Shown: positions 38,567 to 47,268 of the stretch, piece after piece
Layout of the letters: every line of letters begins with the position of its first letter
Position numbering within the stretch: position 1 is the first letter of the stretch
Source: Bacteroidota bacterium
GTDB taxonomy: Bacteria > Bacteroidota > Bacteroidia > Bacteroidales > CAIXZF01
DNA: 64,000 bases
Direction: 5' to 3'
Assembly (NCBI GenBank): GCA_037132075.1
Contig: JBAXPV010000008.1
Coordinates: 49,883-113,882 of the forward strand
The notes under the pieces: generated by a model
The model's database searches: none
The model's input: only the letters and a program-made list of their open reading frames with translations
Told to the model about the DNA's origin: nothing
Made by a program: the position numbers and the translations under genes

Positions 38567-39497
38567 TTAGTTTAGATTTTTGTCAAAAGCATTTTTCAAA
38601 ATTACACTCACTCCCTGCAAGGGTGTAAACGCAAGGTTATTGTTACGGATAATGCCAGTGATTCCAGCCAGATTGGTATCCGGAATATTTGGCGTGATGA
38701 TCAATTGTTTCGGGGCCGACCTTTCGCTCCAGCGGATGTTATGATCGCAATAGCGTAGCCGCCAGTAATAAGTATTCCCATTTTGGAGAATGCCTGAGGG
38801 AAGGTGGAGTTGTTTCAGGTTAATTCCTGAATAATGATCTGTTGGCATGAAATTGGGGCTTCCTGGTCTCTATAAATATCAGTATAATCCCTGATGGTGT
38901 CAAGGATAGGTGCCGCGAAATTACCCGAGCCTGAAGCAAGCTGAAACTCAGAACTCATAAGTGAATCAGGACCGCTACAGTCAGAGGCGACAAGCGTGGG
39001 AAGGCTATCCAGGCTATAAAGTGGCGGAAATAGGGCAAGAGGGGCGGGAGGCGCGGGACGGTTCAATACGCCATGCCAGGTGGAGCGTTGGCAATAGGAT
39101 GATCGGGATTCCCCAGGCTATATAAAGTCGCAGTATAGGCGTGCACTTCCATATCAACATCCACAATGGCATTATCTTCTCCATTATCATCTGCAAAAAA
39201 CAAAAGATCGTTTCCATTATTTGCGGGGATCAATGAAAACCTGTCATCTTGGATTTGAGCGCCCCCATTTTGGATAAACTGTCCATTGAGATAATAATCA
39301 TAATGACTCCCAAGGTCAACAGTGATTACGAGCCGGTACCAAGTACCTGGAACTACTGTAAAGGCGGAATAGCCAGTTTGACCTACGCCGATCTGGCCGC
39401 TGGGATTAATAAAAGCATCTCCGTCATTTGAATTCTGAATGTTTGTCTGGAAAAAGGTATACTATTGACCTAAGATTGGAATTCGAAAATCAATCAT
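38567..39497 (-). pseudogene. Multiply deleted remnant of a secreted LamG-like + phosphoesterase-type protein gene
   Basis: Fragments MIDFRIPILGQ*YTFFQT...NDGDAFIN...WYRLVITVDL...DDRFSL...FADDNGEDNA|IVDVD...YSLGNPD, frameshift, SLMSSEFQ...YYWRLRYCDHNIRWSE, then TPLQGVSVILKN like TPLQGVQVILKD in the upstream gene. Confidence 0.75.
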
Positions 39498-42400
39498 GAA
39501 TACAACGAACAGAAAAGCCATTTCCCTTTGAATTATAATAGCGGTATATTGCCATATTGTCAAATCCCGGATATCGTGCCCAGGCATCATTGGGGTTGTT
39601 TGTCGTTGAAGACCAGAAAAAGGCATAGTCCCTGATGCTGTAGAAAATCCCGTAAGGATCGCGCATACCTGCACCCAGTGCAGTAAAACCTTTCTCATTT
39701 GTCGCCCCGGTATTGGGGTTATGCCAATGCGCCATCCCTGGTTCCTTGAGTTTCCCGCCGGCAGAGTCTTCCCCGCCGCAATAATTCACAAGTACAGACC
39801 AATCGGCATCGGTCGGGATGTGCCAGCCTTCCGGACAAATTCCCCTGTTTAGGGAAGTTGAATATTGCATCATCTCGTTCCAGCTGTACAAACCACCAAA
39901 TTCAAGGCAGTTGTTCGTGTCATTGTTATAGCAATACTTTTCAATAAGTCCGTTATCAGACGCCATCTGGCCTGCAGGGATTGGCGCACCAATATTCAGG
40001 TTTTCGCGCATCCAGCATTGGCTCCCCATTTGGATTGTGTTGTATATCCGTCCGCCAAAAACAACGGCAGGTATAAGCTGACAAGGTGATCCCGGAACCA
40101 CAGCAGGAAGATTTGACCCGTTCACATCCCCGTAACAGAGGCCAGTTATATTAAGTGTGTAAGACTTATTCGCAATGATCGTGATTTGTTTTTGTTCAAA
40201 AACCCAGTCTCCCTTCGGGAAGGCAGTGATAAACTGGTTAAACCGACGTTGGATATACAAGGCATCAAGTGAGTTCACAATATTGCCATTCCGAACACTG
40301 GCCGCTTTTAAGAAAAGACCGTTTAACAGATTCAGATGTACATAATGTTTCAACACAAGCAAGGCATCACTTGAATTAAATCCGCCAGCCACTAAGGTGC
40401 TGTTTGCTGACAGGACATATTGGCCTGGTGCTATTCCATCAAAGAAATAGAACCCATTCACTGAAGCAATGCTTGAAGCCACTGTGTTTCCGGCAGTATC
40501 TTTCAAAATCACCTGAACCCCTTGCAGGGGGGTAGAATGGCTGTTTGAATAAACGATCTGCCCGCTGATCGAGGCATTTTCCCGATAGCTGATTTCAACA
40601 AAATGAATACCCGGGGGCAAACCCAATCCACTTTGAATGATACCATTGCTGTCAGCCGACACCAGGGCTGTAACAGTACCATCAATCTTCAGAAAATAAG
40701 ATCCCGGTTTTAGATCAAATGCAAAAATGCCGACATTTCTTGAACCAATCACATTGTTGAATGCGTGATAGCTAAGCCCTGTATCCCCTTTTGCCGGGAA
40801 AAAATAAAGAGTGTCATTCCAGTCAGCCCCTACAGAAAAACTACTTTGAAGTGCGAGGCCACCAGGCATAGCAACATTCACGCTATCCCCAATTTTCATC
40901 GTATGCAGGAATATCACTGAATCGCTTTTCACTGAGGGTCGTACTTCAATGCGCCATTTCCCCGGAGAATAGAAAGCTGTATCCGCTGGAGACAAGGGTG
41001 GATAATTTGTTCCATTAACCCAGTATTCATAGTTAGTTCCGCCGATAAGCGTGACATTGGTATTGAGTGGTAATAAAGTCTTTATTGCGATACTTCCATT
41101 TCCGTTCCTGGCTGAATATTCCTTCCCGTTATAGGTCATTATGTGCCCTGCGACAACAGTATGTGTCAGGCTGCCGTTGATCACGGGCTTTTGAGCAGTA
41201 TGTGCGACCCATTGAATATCCCGTTGGGTATTTGCGGTGTTTTTAAGATGGACATGATCAATTACGATGACTTTATCCGGTTTCAGGTAAAGGAATCTTC
41301 TTCTGAAGAAATCGAGTTTGGCTGAATCGTACGACAGTTGCGCATCTGAAACATTATATTGATAGTTATTTGAACAGGCATAGTTTATCCATTTCCCTCT
41401 TTGATTTTGGGGAAGAAATATTTCGCCATAATTCATCAGGGCAGCAGATTCAATTTGCCCGCCATCATTGGAGGCTGGCTGGGCAAAACAGGAATATTGG
41501 CTTGCAGAATCATAGACCATGATGCTGTTGTGAGCTATCGTCCTTTGATAATAATTCCGATAATGAGACCCGCCATAGGTGTCATAATATCCAGCATCCA
41601 GGAGCAAAGGGGCATTTTTAAATATGGCAAATGAATTGTTATCCCGATGTTCATGCGCTGCGCGTTTGCTCGGTGAACAAAAAAAGGATACCATGGTGGC
41701 ATTGCTATTCCAGGAGGATCGGCTGACAGACAATCCCGTTTTGTCTGACCACCAGTTGAGCGGGGGATTGGGATGAGGCACTACAGTCGCAGTAAAATTC
41801 TTATACAGCAGTTTCGTAAATTTATCATTGGTATTTGGGGTGAATGCGGATTGTGACCAGTATTGAGCAAGCCACAGACTTCGTGGATCGTTAAAGATCC
41901 TTGCATGCAGGTAGTCTACTCTGTCAGCGGATCTGCCTGTTTGTCCATCGCCCAGGTGAAGGCTTTTGCCATCTGGTTGAATAAAATACCAATATTGGTT
42001 GATGCTGTTTTGAACCCAGGACAAATCGGTATAAAAATTTTTATTGGTTCCTATCCGCATGTTTTCAAAAAGCTGGAACTGATCCACTAGCGACCACATT
42101 GAATAGGCAGCACCCCAATTCCAGCCACCATCATCATCACGATAATATCCATAACATGGAAGAAATCCGTTTACCCATTTATTATACACGGCCTGGTACC
42201 ACTGGACAACAGTATCTTTTTGCGCGGCATTCAGCCCGTCAGCGCCATATAGCACCAGGGTATTTTGATTACAATAAATCGTATTCCAGGCATTGTGACT
42301 TGAGACATAGCTATTACCTGCAGAAGATAAAATAAATGTATTCATAAACTCTCTGCACATCCTATACTCACTACTAACCAGCTGATTCCGCAGGCTATTT

Positions 42401-42951
42401 GGAAGATCCTGGTAACACCAGTCCAAAAGGATGTTGCCTGCATCACTCATTTGCCGCAACAGATTCTCTTTGGCATACCATTCCATCGTAGCAAAACCGG
42501 CTGTGTCGATACGGTTGATCACTTGTTTGGCAAGGAAACGACAACGTTTCTGCGCGAGAGGATCCCCGGTGACTTTGGCCAAATAAACTGTGAAAATAGC
42601 CTGGCTGTTGGCCCACGTTGAAGCCCAGTCCCAGGTCCATTGGCTTGAATCAGACCCCAAAAGATAAAGTTGGGGATCATTGATCCACCAGTTATTGTAG
42701 GCATACAAAAAAGAATTGTACGTTGTCTGAAAATCGCCTGCAACAATGAGGTTATTTTTCATCCAGGCAATCCTGGAAGAGTCAGCTAATATCCTGGGAC
42801 GGCTAGCGCGAACAGCCGGAAAAGACTGGGCATTGCAAAATTCATGGGGGATTCCCAAATTCAAGGCAAAAACAACAAATATTACCCAAAAGTATCGATC
42901 AATGATCAAAGATTTCAGTGAAAAAAAACGCCTTTCATCTTGCCGGATCAT
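39490..42951 (-). CDS. Secreted heparinase II/III-like lyase with carboxypeptidase-like, dockerin-like and FISUMP (Fib_succ_major) domains
   Basis: Signal ending CNA-Q; HEHRDNNSF...LLLDAGYY...TIAHN lyase motifs; NSSDALLV/NSLDALYI repeats, GDVNGS; WMRENL, GGLYSW, ICPEGWHIPT, GFSVRCI. Confidence 0.8.
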   Translation of the reverse strand: MIRQDERRFFSLKSLIIDRYFWVIFVVFALNLGIPHEFCNAQSFPAVRASRPRILADSSRIAWMKNNLIVAGDFQTTYNSFLYAYNNWWINDPQLYLLGSDSSQWTWDWASTWANSQAIFTVYLAKVTGDPLAQKRCRFLAKQVINRIDTAGFATMEWYAKENLLRQMSDAGNILLDWCYQDLPNSLRNQLVSSEYRMCREFMNTFILSSAGNSYVSSHNAWNTIYCNQNTLVLYGADGLNAAQKDTVVQWYQAVYNKWVNGFLPCYGYYRDDDGGWNWGAAYSMWSLVDQFQLFENMRIGTNKNFYTDLSWVQNSINQYWYFIQPDGKSLHLGDGQTGRSADRVDYLHARIFNDPRSLWLAQYWSQSAFTPNTNDKFTKLLYKNFTATVVPHPNPPLNWWSDKTGLSVSRSSWNSNATMVSFFCSPSKRAAHEHRDNNSFAIFKNAPLLLDAGYYDTYGGSHYRNYYQRTIAHNSIMVYDSASQYSCFAQPASNDGGQIESAALMNYGEIFLPQNQRGKWINYACSNNYQYNVSDAQLSYDSAKLDFFRRRFLYLKPDKVIVIDHVHLKNTANTQRDIQWVAHTAQKPVINGSLTHTVVAGHIMTYNGKEYSARNGNGSIAIKTLLPLNTNVTLIGGTNYEYWVNGTNYPPLSPADTAFYSPGKWRIEVRPSVKSDSVIFLHTMKIGDSVNVAMPGGLALQSSFSVGADWNDTLYFFPAKGDTGLSYHAFNNVIGSRNVGIFAFDLKPGSYFLKIDGTVTALVSADSNGIIQSGLGLPPGIHFVEISYRENASISGQIVYSNSHSTPLQGVQVILKDTAGNTVASSIASVNGFYFFDGIAPGQYVLSANSTLVAGGFNSSDALLVLKHYVHLNLLNGLFLKAASVRNGNIVNSLDALYIQRRFNQFITAFPKGDWVFEQKQITIIANKSYTLNITGLCYGDVNGSNLPAVVPGSPCQLIPAVVFGGRIYNTIQMGSQCWMRENLNIGAPIPAGQMASDNGLIEKYCYNNDTNNCLEFGGLYSWNEMMQYSTSLNRGICPEGWHIPTDADWSVLVNYCGGEDSAGGKLKEPGMAHWHNPNTGATNEKGFTALGAGMRDPYGIFYSIRDYAFFWSSTTNNPNDAWARYPGFDNMAIYRYYNSKGNGFSVRCIHD

Positions 42952-43059
42952 TCTTTCTTATTTATTACAATGATAATAAATAATTGTGATTAGTATTTCT
43001 TTATTTTTACAGGCAGAAGCTTAGCCCAATAAAGACTTTTTATAATTAGACACTCAGGT

Positions 43060-43284
43060 ATGACTCCCGAACAGCCCAACAATCCGCTTCATGGCAAGAC
43101 CCTGGAACTGATTTTAAATCAATTGGTTGATGAGCTTGGATGGGAGGAGCTGGGCTATAGGATCAAAATCAATTGTTTTACGCACAATCCTACCATTAAA
43201 TCAAGCCTGACCTTTCTGAGAAAGACACCCTGGGCACGCGAAAAAGTTGAAAAACTATATATTCGGGCGATTATGAAACAATAA
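43060..43284 (+). CDS. DUF2132 / VF530-family small protein
   Basis: NPLHGKTLE...GWEEL...[29 protein letters not shown]. Confidence 0.9.
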   Translation: MTPEQPNNPLHGKTLELILNQLVDELGWEELGYRIKINCFTHNPTIKSSLTFLRKTPWAREKVEKLYIRAIMKQ

Positions 43285-43436
43285 TTTGCGCTGTTTGTTA
43301 TATTGAAAACATCTTGCTTTACGAAGCAAAGATGTTTTGTTTCAATATGGCTGAGCCATTTTATATTCATTTTTTAGGAAAACCTGGTCAGTCGATGTAT
43401 TAATATACTAGCTGATTCATAATCAATTGATTGTAT

Positions 43437-44045
43437 ATGATGTATACAACAATATTTGAAGCCCTGAAAGACAGGTTCATCAAACTTTTGAAAGAAAACC
43501 TGAAATCAGGTTTGTCTTATCACAACATAGATCATACCCTTGATGTTGTAAGCCAGGCTGAGAAAATCGCCCGAATGGAAGGAATCGACGATGAGGAAAC
43601 AATTTTTTATCTCAAAGTCGCCGCCTTATCGCATGATTCAGGCTTTATTGAAGTCTATAACAACCATGAAGAAAAGAGCGTAGAGATCCTGAAAGCAGAG
43701 ATCCAGGGATTTAATATCCCTGAAGAGAAATTACAACTGATCGCTGATCTAATCATGGCGACAAAGATGCCTCAGAACCCACACAATCACCTGGAAGAGG
43801 TTTTATGTGATGCAGATCTTGATTATCTGGGTCGTGATGACTTTTTCGAGATCAGCGACAGGCTGCGCGATGAGTTGCTTGGTTTTGGTATCGTCAAAAA
43901 TGAGTTGGGATGGGACAAAATACAAATCGCCTTTTTCGAGTCCCATAAATACTTCACAAAGACCTCGCAGCACCTTCGGAATGAAGGGAAACAGCAAAAG
44001 TTAATTATGCTGAAGAAGCGATTATCACTGTATACAAGCGTCTAA
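43437..44045 (+). CDS. HD-domain metal-dependent phosphohydrolase (candidate cNMP phosphodiesterase)
   Basis: YHNIDHT, ALSHDSGF (HD), HEEKS, ATKMP, CDADLDYLG; exact start uncertain (TTG 43431, ATG 43437 or ATG 43440). Confidence 0.88.
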   Translation: MMYTTIFEALKDRFIKLLKENLKSGLSYHNIDHTLDVVSQAEKIARMEGIDDEETIFYLKVAALSHDSGFIEVYNNHEEKSVEILKAEIQGFNIPEEKLQLIADLIMATKMPQNPHNHLEEVLCDADLDYLGRDDFFEISDRLRDELLGFGIVKNELGWDKIQIAFFESHKYFTKTSQHLRNEGKQQKLIMLKKRLSLYTSV

Positions 44046-46799
44046 ATGAGACTCAGCAATTCTCTGCTAAAACTTTTGAATATCCGGCAAGAGGAAGAAC
44101 CCATCGTGCTGAACCTTATGATATTTCAATTTTTTCAGGGTGCAGGTATTGCCTTTTTCTTTACCGCAGCATTCTCCATGTTCCTCGAACATTTTTCAGT
44201 CAATGCATTGCCCAATGTCTTTATTTTGGCTGCACTTCTGTTGTCAGTCGCCGGTCTAGCTTACTCATGGCTTGAACACCGCTTGAAGATTACTCAGCTC
44301 GGACTTATTGTTACGATCATAATGTCAGTAAGCATTCTAGGCTTCAGAATAGCTTCAGGAACACATAATAATATGCTGCTGACGCTAATGCTCGCGTGGT
44401 TTTATGTCTTGTATTTATTAAACAATCTTGAGTTCTGGGGTATTGCTTCTATCATGTTTGATGTGCGCCAAAGCAAACGTTTGTTTGGCCTCATCAGCTC
44501 AGGCGACATCCCTGCTAAATTTATCGGATACTCGCTGGCTTCAATCCTGGTCTCAGTCACAGGGGTGGCCAATCTCCTATATGTGGGCTTGTGTTTTATG
44601 TTGTTTTCGATCCCATTTCTAATAAGAATAGGAATAGCCGGAAAAACCGAGCTGGAAACCCATGGTCCGTCTATGCATCGTAAACAGCACGCCACGAAAG
44701 TCACGTATTCGGGTCTAAAAAATCTAACGGTGAATGAGCTAGTGAAAAGGACAGCCATTCTGGCCTTTTTGTTTTCTTTATGCCTGTTCATGATTAATTT
44801 TATTTTTTATGCAGAAGTAAAGACCGCCTACCATGAAGACCAGGAAATGGCAAAATTCATTGCACTTTTCCTGGCAGGTTCACGAATTTTTGCCCTGGTG
44901 GTTAAAATGATCTTTACCGGTAGGATGCTGGCAAAGCTGGGATTTTTACGGTCATTACTGATCACGCCTTTTGTATTAGCCGTATTTGCGATTTTGATTA
45001 TTTTTTCTCATAATATTTCCGGGGACAGCCGTATCATTTTCTATATTTTCGGGATGATGGCAATCACTGCCGATATCCTGAATTCTGCAATTCATTTCCC
45101 GGGCTTTTTAACCCTCATGCAACCGCTTTCCACCCACGACAGGCTTAGGGCTCATAACATCTCCAAGGGAATCATGGACCCTTTTGCTCATTTACTTACT
45201 GGCGTATTCCTGCTGCTTATGATTCGATTCATTGGCCATGTGGATCTTATAATTTTAAATTATATTTTATTAGGTTTACTGATTTGCTGGGTTAGTAGTA
45301 TCTCTTTCGTAAACCGTCAATATTTAACTACATTGGTTCAATCCATCACAACCCGTACTTTCGATAATGATAGTCCAACAATTGTAGATAAGGAATCTTT
45401 ACGTTTGATTTCCGCGAAACTTAAGGATGGCACCCCGCTTGAGAAAATATATCTTTTAAAATTATTGTCGAAAAATCCTTCTATTCCTGAGCTGCCCGGT
45501 TTAATATTGCTCGCATTAAACGATCTGTCCAGGGAAGTCAAAGAGGAGGCCATCAACACGTCACTCTGCCTTGAAATTGCCGAGGTCAGTACCTTACTCA
45601 AGGATTTTATCAGGAAAGAGTCAGATCCTCACCTGAAAGAAATTGCTTTGTTTTCTTTGTGCAAAATCGCATATGATGAAAACCTTGTTCGCGAAATGGA
45701 GCAACATCCTGTTGAAGCGGTTCGCCATGCAGCGATCACGGTAATTCTGATGCATCTGGAATGTTCTTTACACCAACAGGCACAAAAAAACCTATACGAT
45801 CTTGCTGTTTCGAATGACCCTAATAAAAGAATTTCTGCAGCCAAAATCATTGGCAAACTTGACCATAAAAATTACCCTTTACTGCTGATTGATCTTATCC
45901 ATGACGCAGACCTTTCGGTATGTCATGCAGCGATTGATGCAGGTGGAAAAACAGGGGATGAGCGTGTAATTATTGCACTCCTGGATCTCTTGCCCGGCAT
46001 GGAAATAAAGGTGTTCGACGCAATCGTTACTGCAGGAGAACTTAGTGTTCAACCCTTATTCAATTTGATAAAAACAGGGAAAACCGCTGATGAACTTACC
46101 ATAAAATTGATTAGGATATTTGGCAGAATTGGCGGGACTGACGCCACAGATAGGCTCGAAGCGCTTATTTCCATAAAACCCGATAAATTAAACTTTATAA
46201 TCGAGGCCTTGCGGAAATCAAAGTTCAAGGCAGGAGCACAGCAAGCCATCAACATTGAAGAACACATCAATCAATATCTTAAAGTGTCAGCACTCATCAA
46301 TGAGCTTTTGAAAATCCTTCTTCCGGGCCGGCATAAATATTCGCTGTTATACCGTGCTTTATCCATTGAAAAAGATATTCTTCGAGAATCATTGCTCGAC
46401 TTATTTTCATTTTTATATAACCCGGTAGAACTTTCAAAAATTAAACGAGGCCTATTGTCCGGCAAAAAAGAAAATGTCGCAAATGCCCTTGAATTAATTG
46501 AAATGACCATTCCCGGGAATATCGCCTTGCCTTTTTTGGAACATTTTGAGCATCGCGATGGCCCCCATTTACCAGCGCATCATAATCAGTCAGATCTTAA
46601 TTTTACAGATTGGCATTTTGTATGTAACGCAATCTTTAAAAAGAAAGGAATACATTTTAATTCGTGGACAAAAGCCTGTTGTTTTCACACCCTTTCAACC
46701 CAAAATATATCTGGATTTCAAGAAATTGCTGAGAATTACCTGAACTCCGAAAACCTATTGTTAAAAGAAACAGCCATAGCGCTCATAGAAATTAATTAA
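44046..46799 (+). CDS. NTT/TLC-like MFS transporter fused to HEAT repeats
   Basis: About 12 TM segments with EFWGIASIMFDVRQSKRLFGLISSG; cytoplasmic helical repeats (EAVRHAAI, KRISAAKIIG, VCHAAIDAGG, NVANALELIE); starts immediately after the HD stop. Confidence 0.82.
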   Translation: MRLSNSLLKLLNIRQEEEPIVLNLMIFQFFQGAGIAFFFTAAFSMFLEHFSVNALPNVFILAALLLSVAGLAYSWLEHRLKITQLGLIVTIIMSVSILGFRIASGTHNNMLLTLMLAWFYVLYLLNNLEFWGIASIMFDVRQSKRLFGLISSGDIPAKFIGYSLASILVSVTGVANLLYVGLCFMLFSIPFLIRIGIAGKTELETHGPSMHRKQHATKVTYSGLKNLTVNELVKRTAILAFLFSLCLFMINFIFYAEVKTAYHEDQEMAKFIALFLAGSRIFALVVKMIFTGRMLAKLGFLRSLLITPFVLAVFAILIIFSHNISGDSRIIFYIFGMMAITADILNSAIHFPGFLTLMQPLSTHDRLRAHNISKGIMDPFAHLLTGVFLLLMIRFIGHVDLIILNYILLGLLICWVSSISFVNRQYLTTLVQSITTRTFDNDSPTIVDKESLRLISAKLKDGTPLEKIYLLKLLSKNPSIPELPGLILLALNDLSREVKEEAINTSLCLEIAEVSTLLKDFIRKESDPHLKEIALFSLCKIAYDENLVREMEQHPVEAVRHAAITVILMHLECSLHQQAQKNLYDLAVSNDPNKRISAAKIIGKLDHKNYPLLLIDLIHDADLSVCHAAIDAGGKTGDERVIIALLDLLPGMEIKVFDAIVTAGELSVQPLFNLIKTGKTADELTIKLIRIFGRIGGTDATDRLEALISIKPDKLNFIIEALRKSKFKAGAQQAINIEEHINQYLKVSALINELLKILLPGRHKYSLLYRALSIEKDILRESLLDLFSFLYNPVELSKIKRGLLSGKKENVANALELIEMTIPGNIALPFLEHFEHRDGPHLPAHHNQSDLNFTDWHFVCNAIFKKKGIHFNSWTKACCFHTLSTQNISGFQEIAENYLNSENLLLKETAIALIEIN

Positions 46800-46810
46800 A
46801 CAGTTCAGAA

Positions 46811-47263
46811 ATGACACAAAAAAACATAGATAAACTTTTGTTGATCGAGAAAGTTTTAATTCTAAAATCTCTTGACGTATTCAAGGATACACCTGAAAAT
46901 GTGCTTGCCGAAGTGGCACTGCTCATCGAAGAAGTTGAACTTGAAGCCGGAATTACCATTTTTGAGGAAGGAAGTATCGGAGACTGCATGTATGTTATCT
47001 ACCAGGGAGAAGTCAGGCTAGAAAAAGGGGGGAAAACATTAACCCATTTAAAAGACAGAGAAGTTTTCGGTGAGTTGTCATTACTTGATTCCGAAACACG
47101 TTCTGCCAGTGTCATCACACATAAGGATTGTTTCCTTTTTAAAATAGATCAGGAGCCTTTTTATGACCTGATGGAGAACCGCCCGGAAGTGATGCGTGGC
47201 ATCATCAAAATGTTATGCAAAAGACTCAGGGCGCAGAATGAACAGATGTTCTCTGCAAAATAA
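46811..47263 (+). CDS. Stand-alone cyclic-nucleotide-binding protein (no HTH)
   Basis: IEKVLILKSLDVF, IFEEGSIGDCMYVIYQGEV, phosphate-binding cassette FGELSLLDSETRSASV. Confidence 0.93.
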   Translation: MTQKNIDKLLLIEKVLILKSLDVFKDTPENVLAEVALLIEEVELEAGITIFEEGSIGDCMYVIYQGEVRLEKGGKTLTHLKDREVFGELSLLDSETRSASVITHKDCFLFKIDQEPFYDLMENRPEVMRGIIKMLCKRLRAQNEQMFSAK

Positions 47264-47268
47264 TAAAC

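Noticed and set aside
39490-40080. Diversity-generating retroelement target in the FISUMP C-terminus
   Set aside because: No reverse transcriptase and no template-repeat copy differing at adenines in the window
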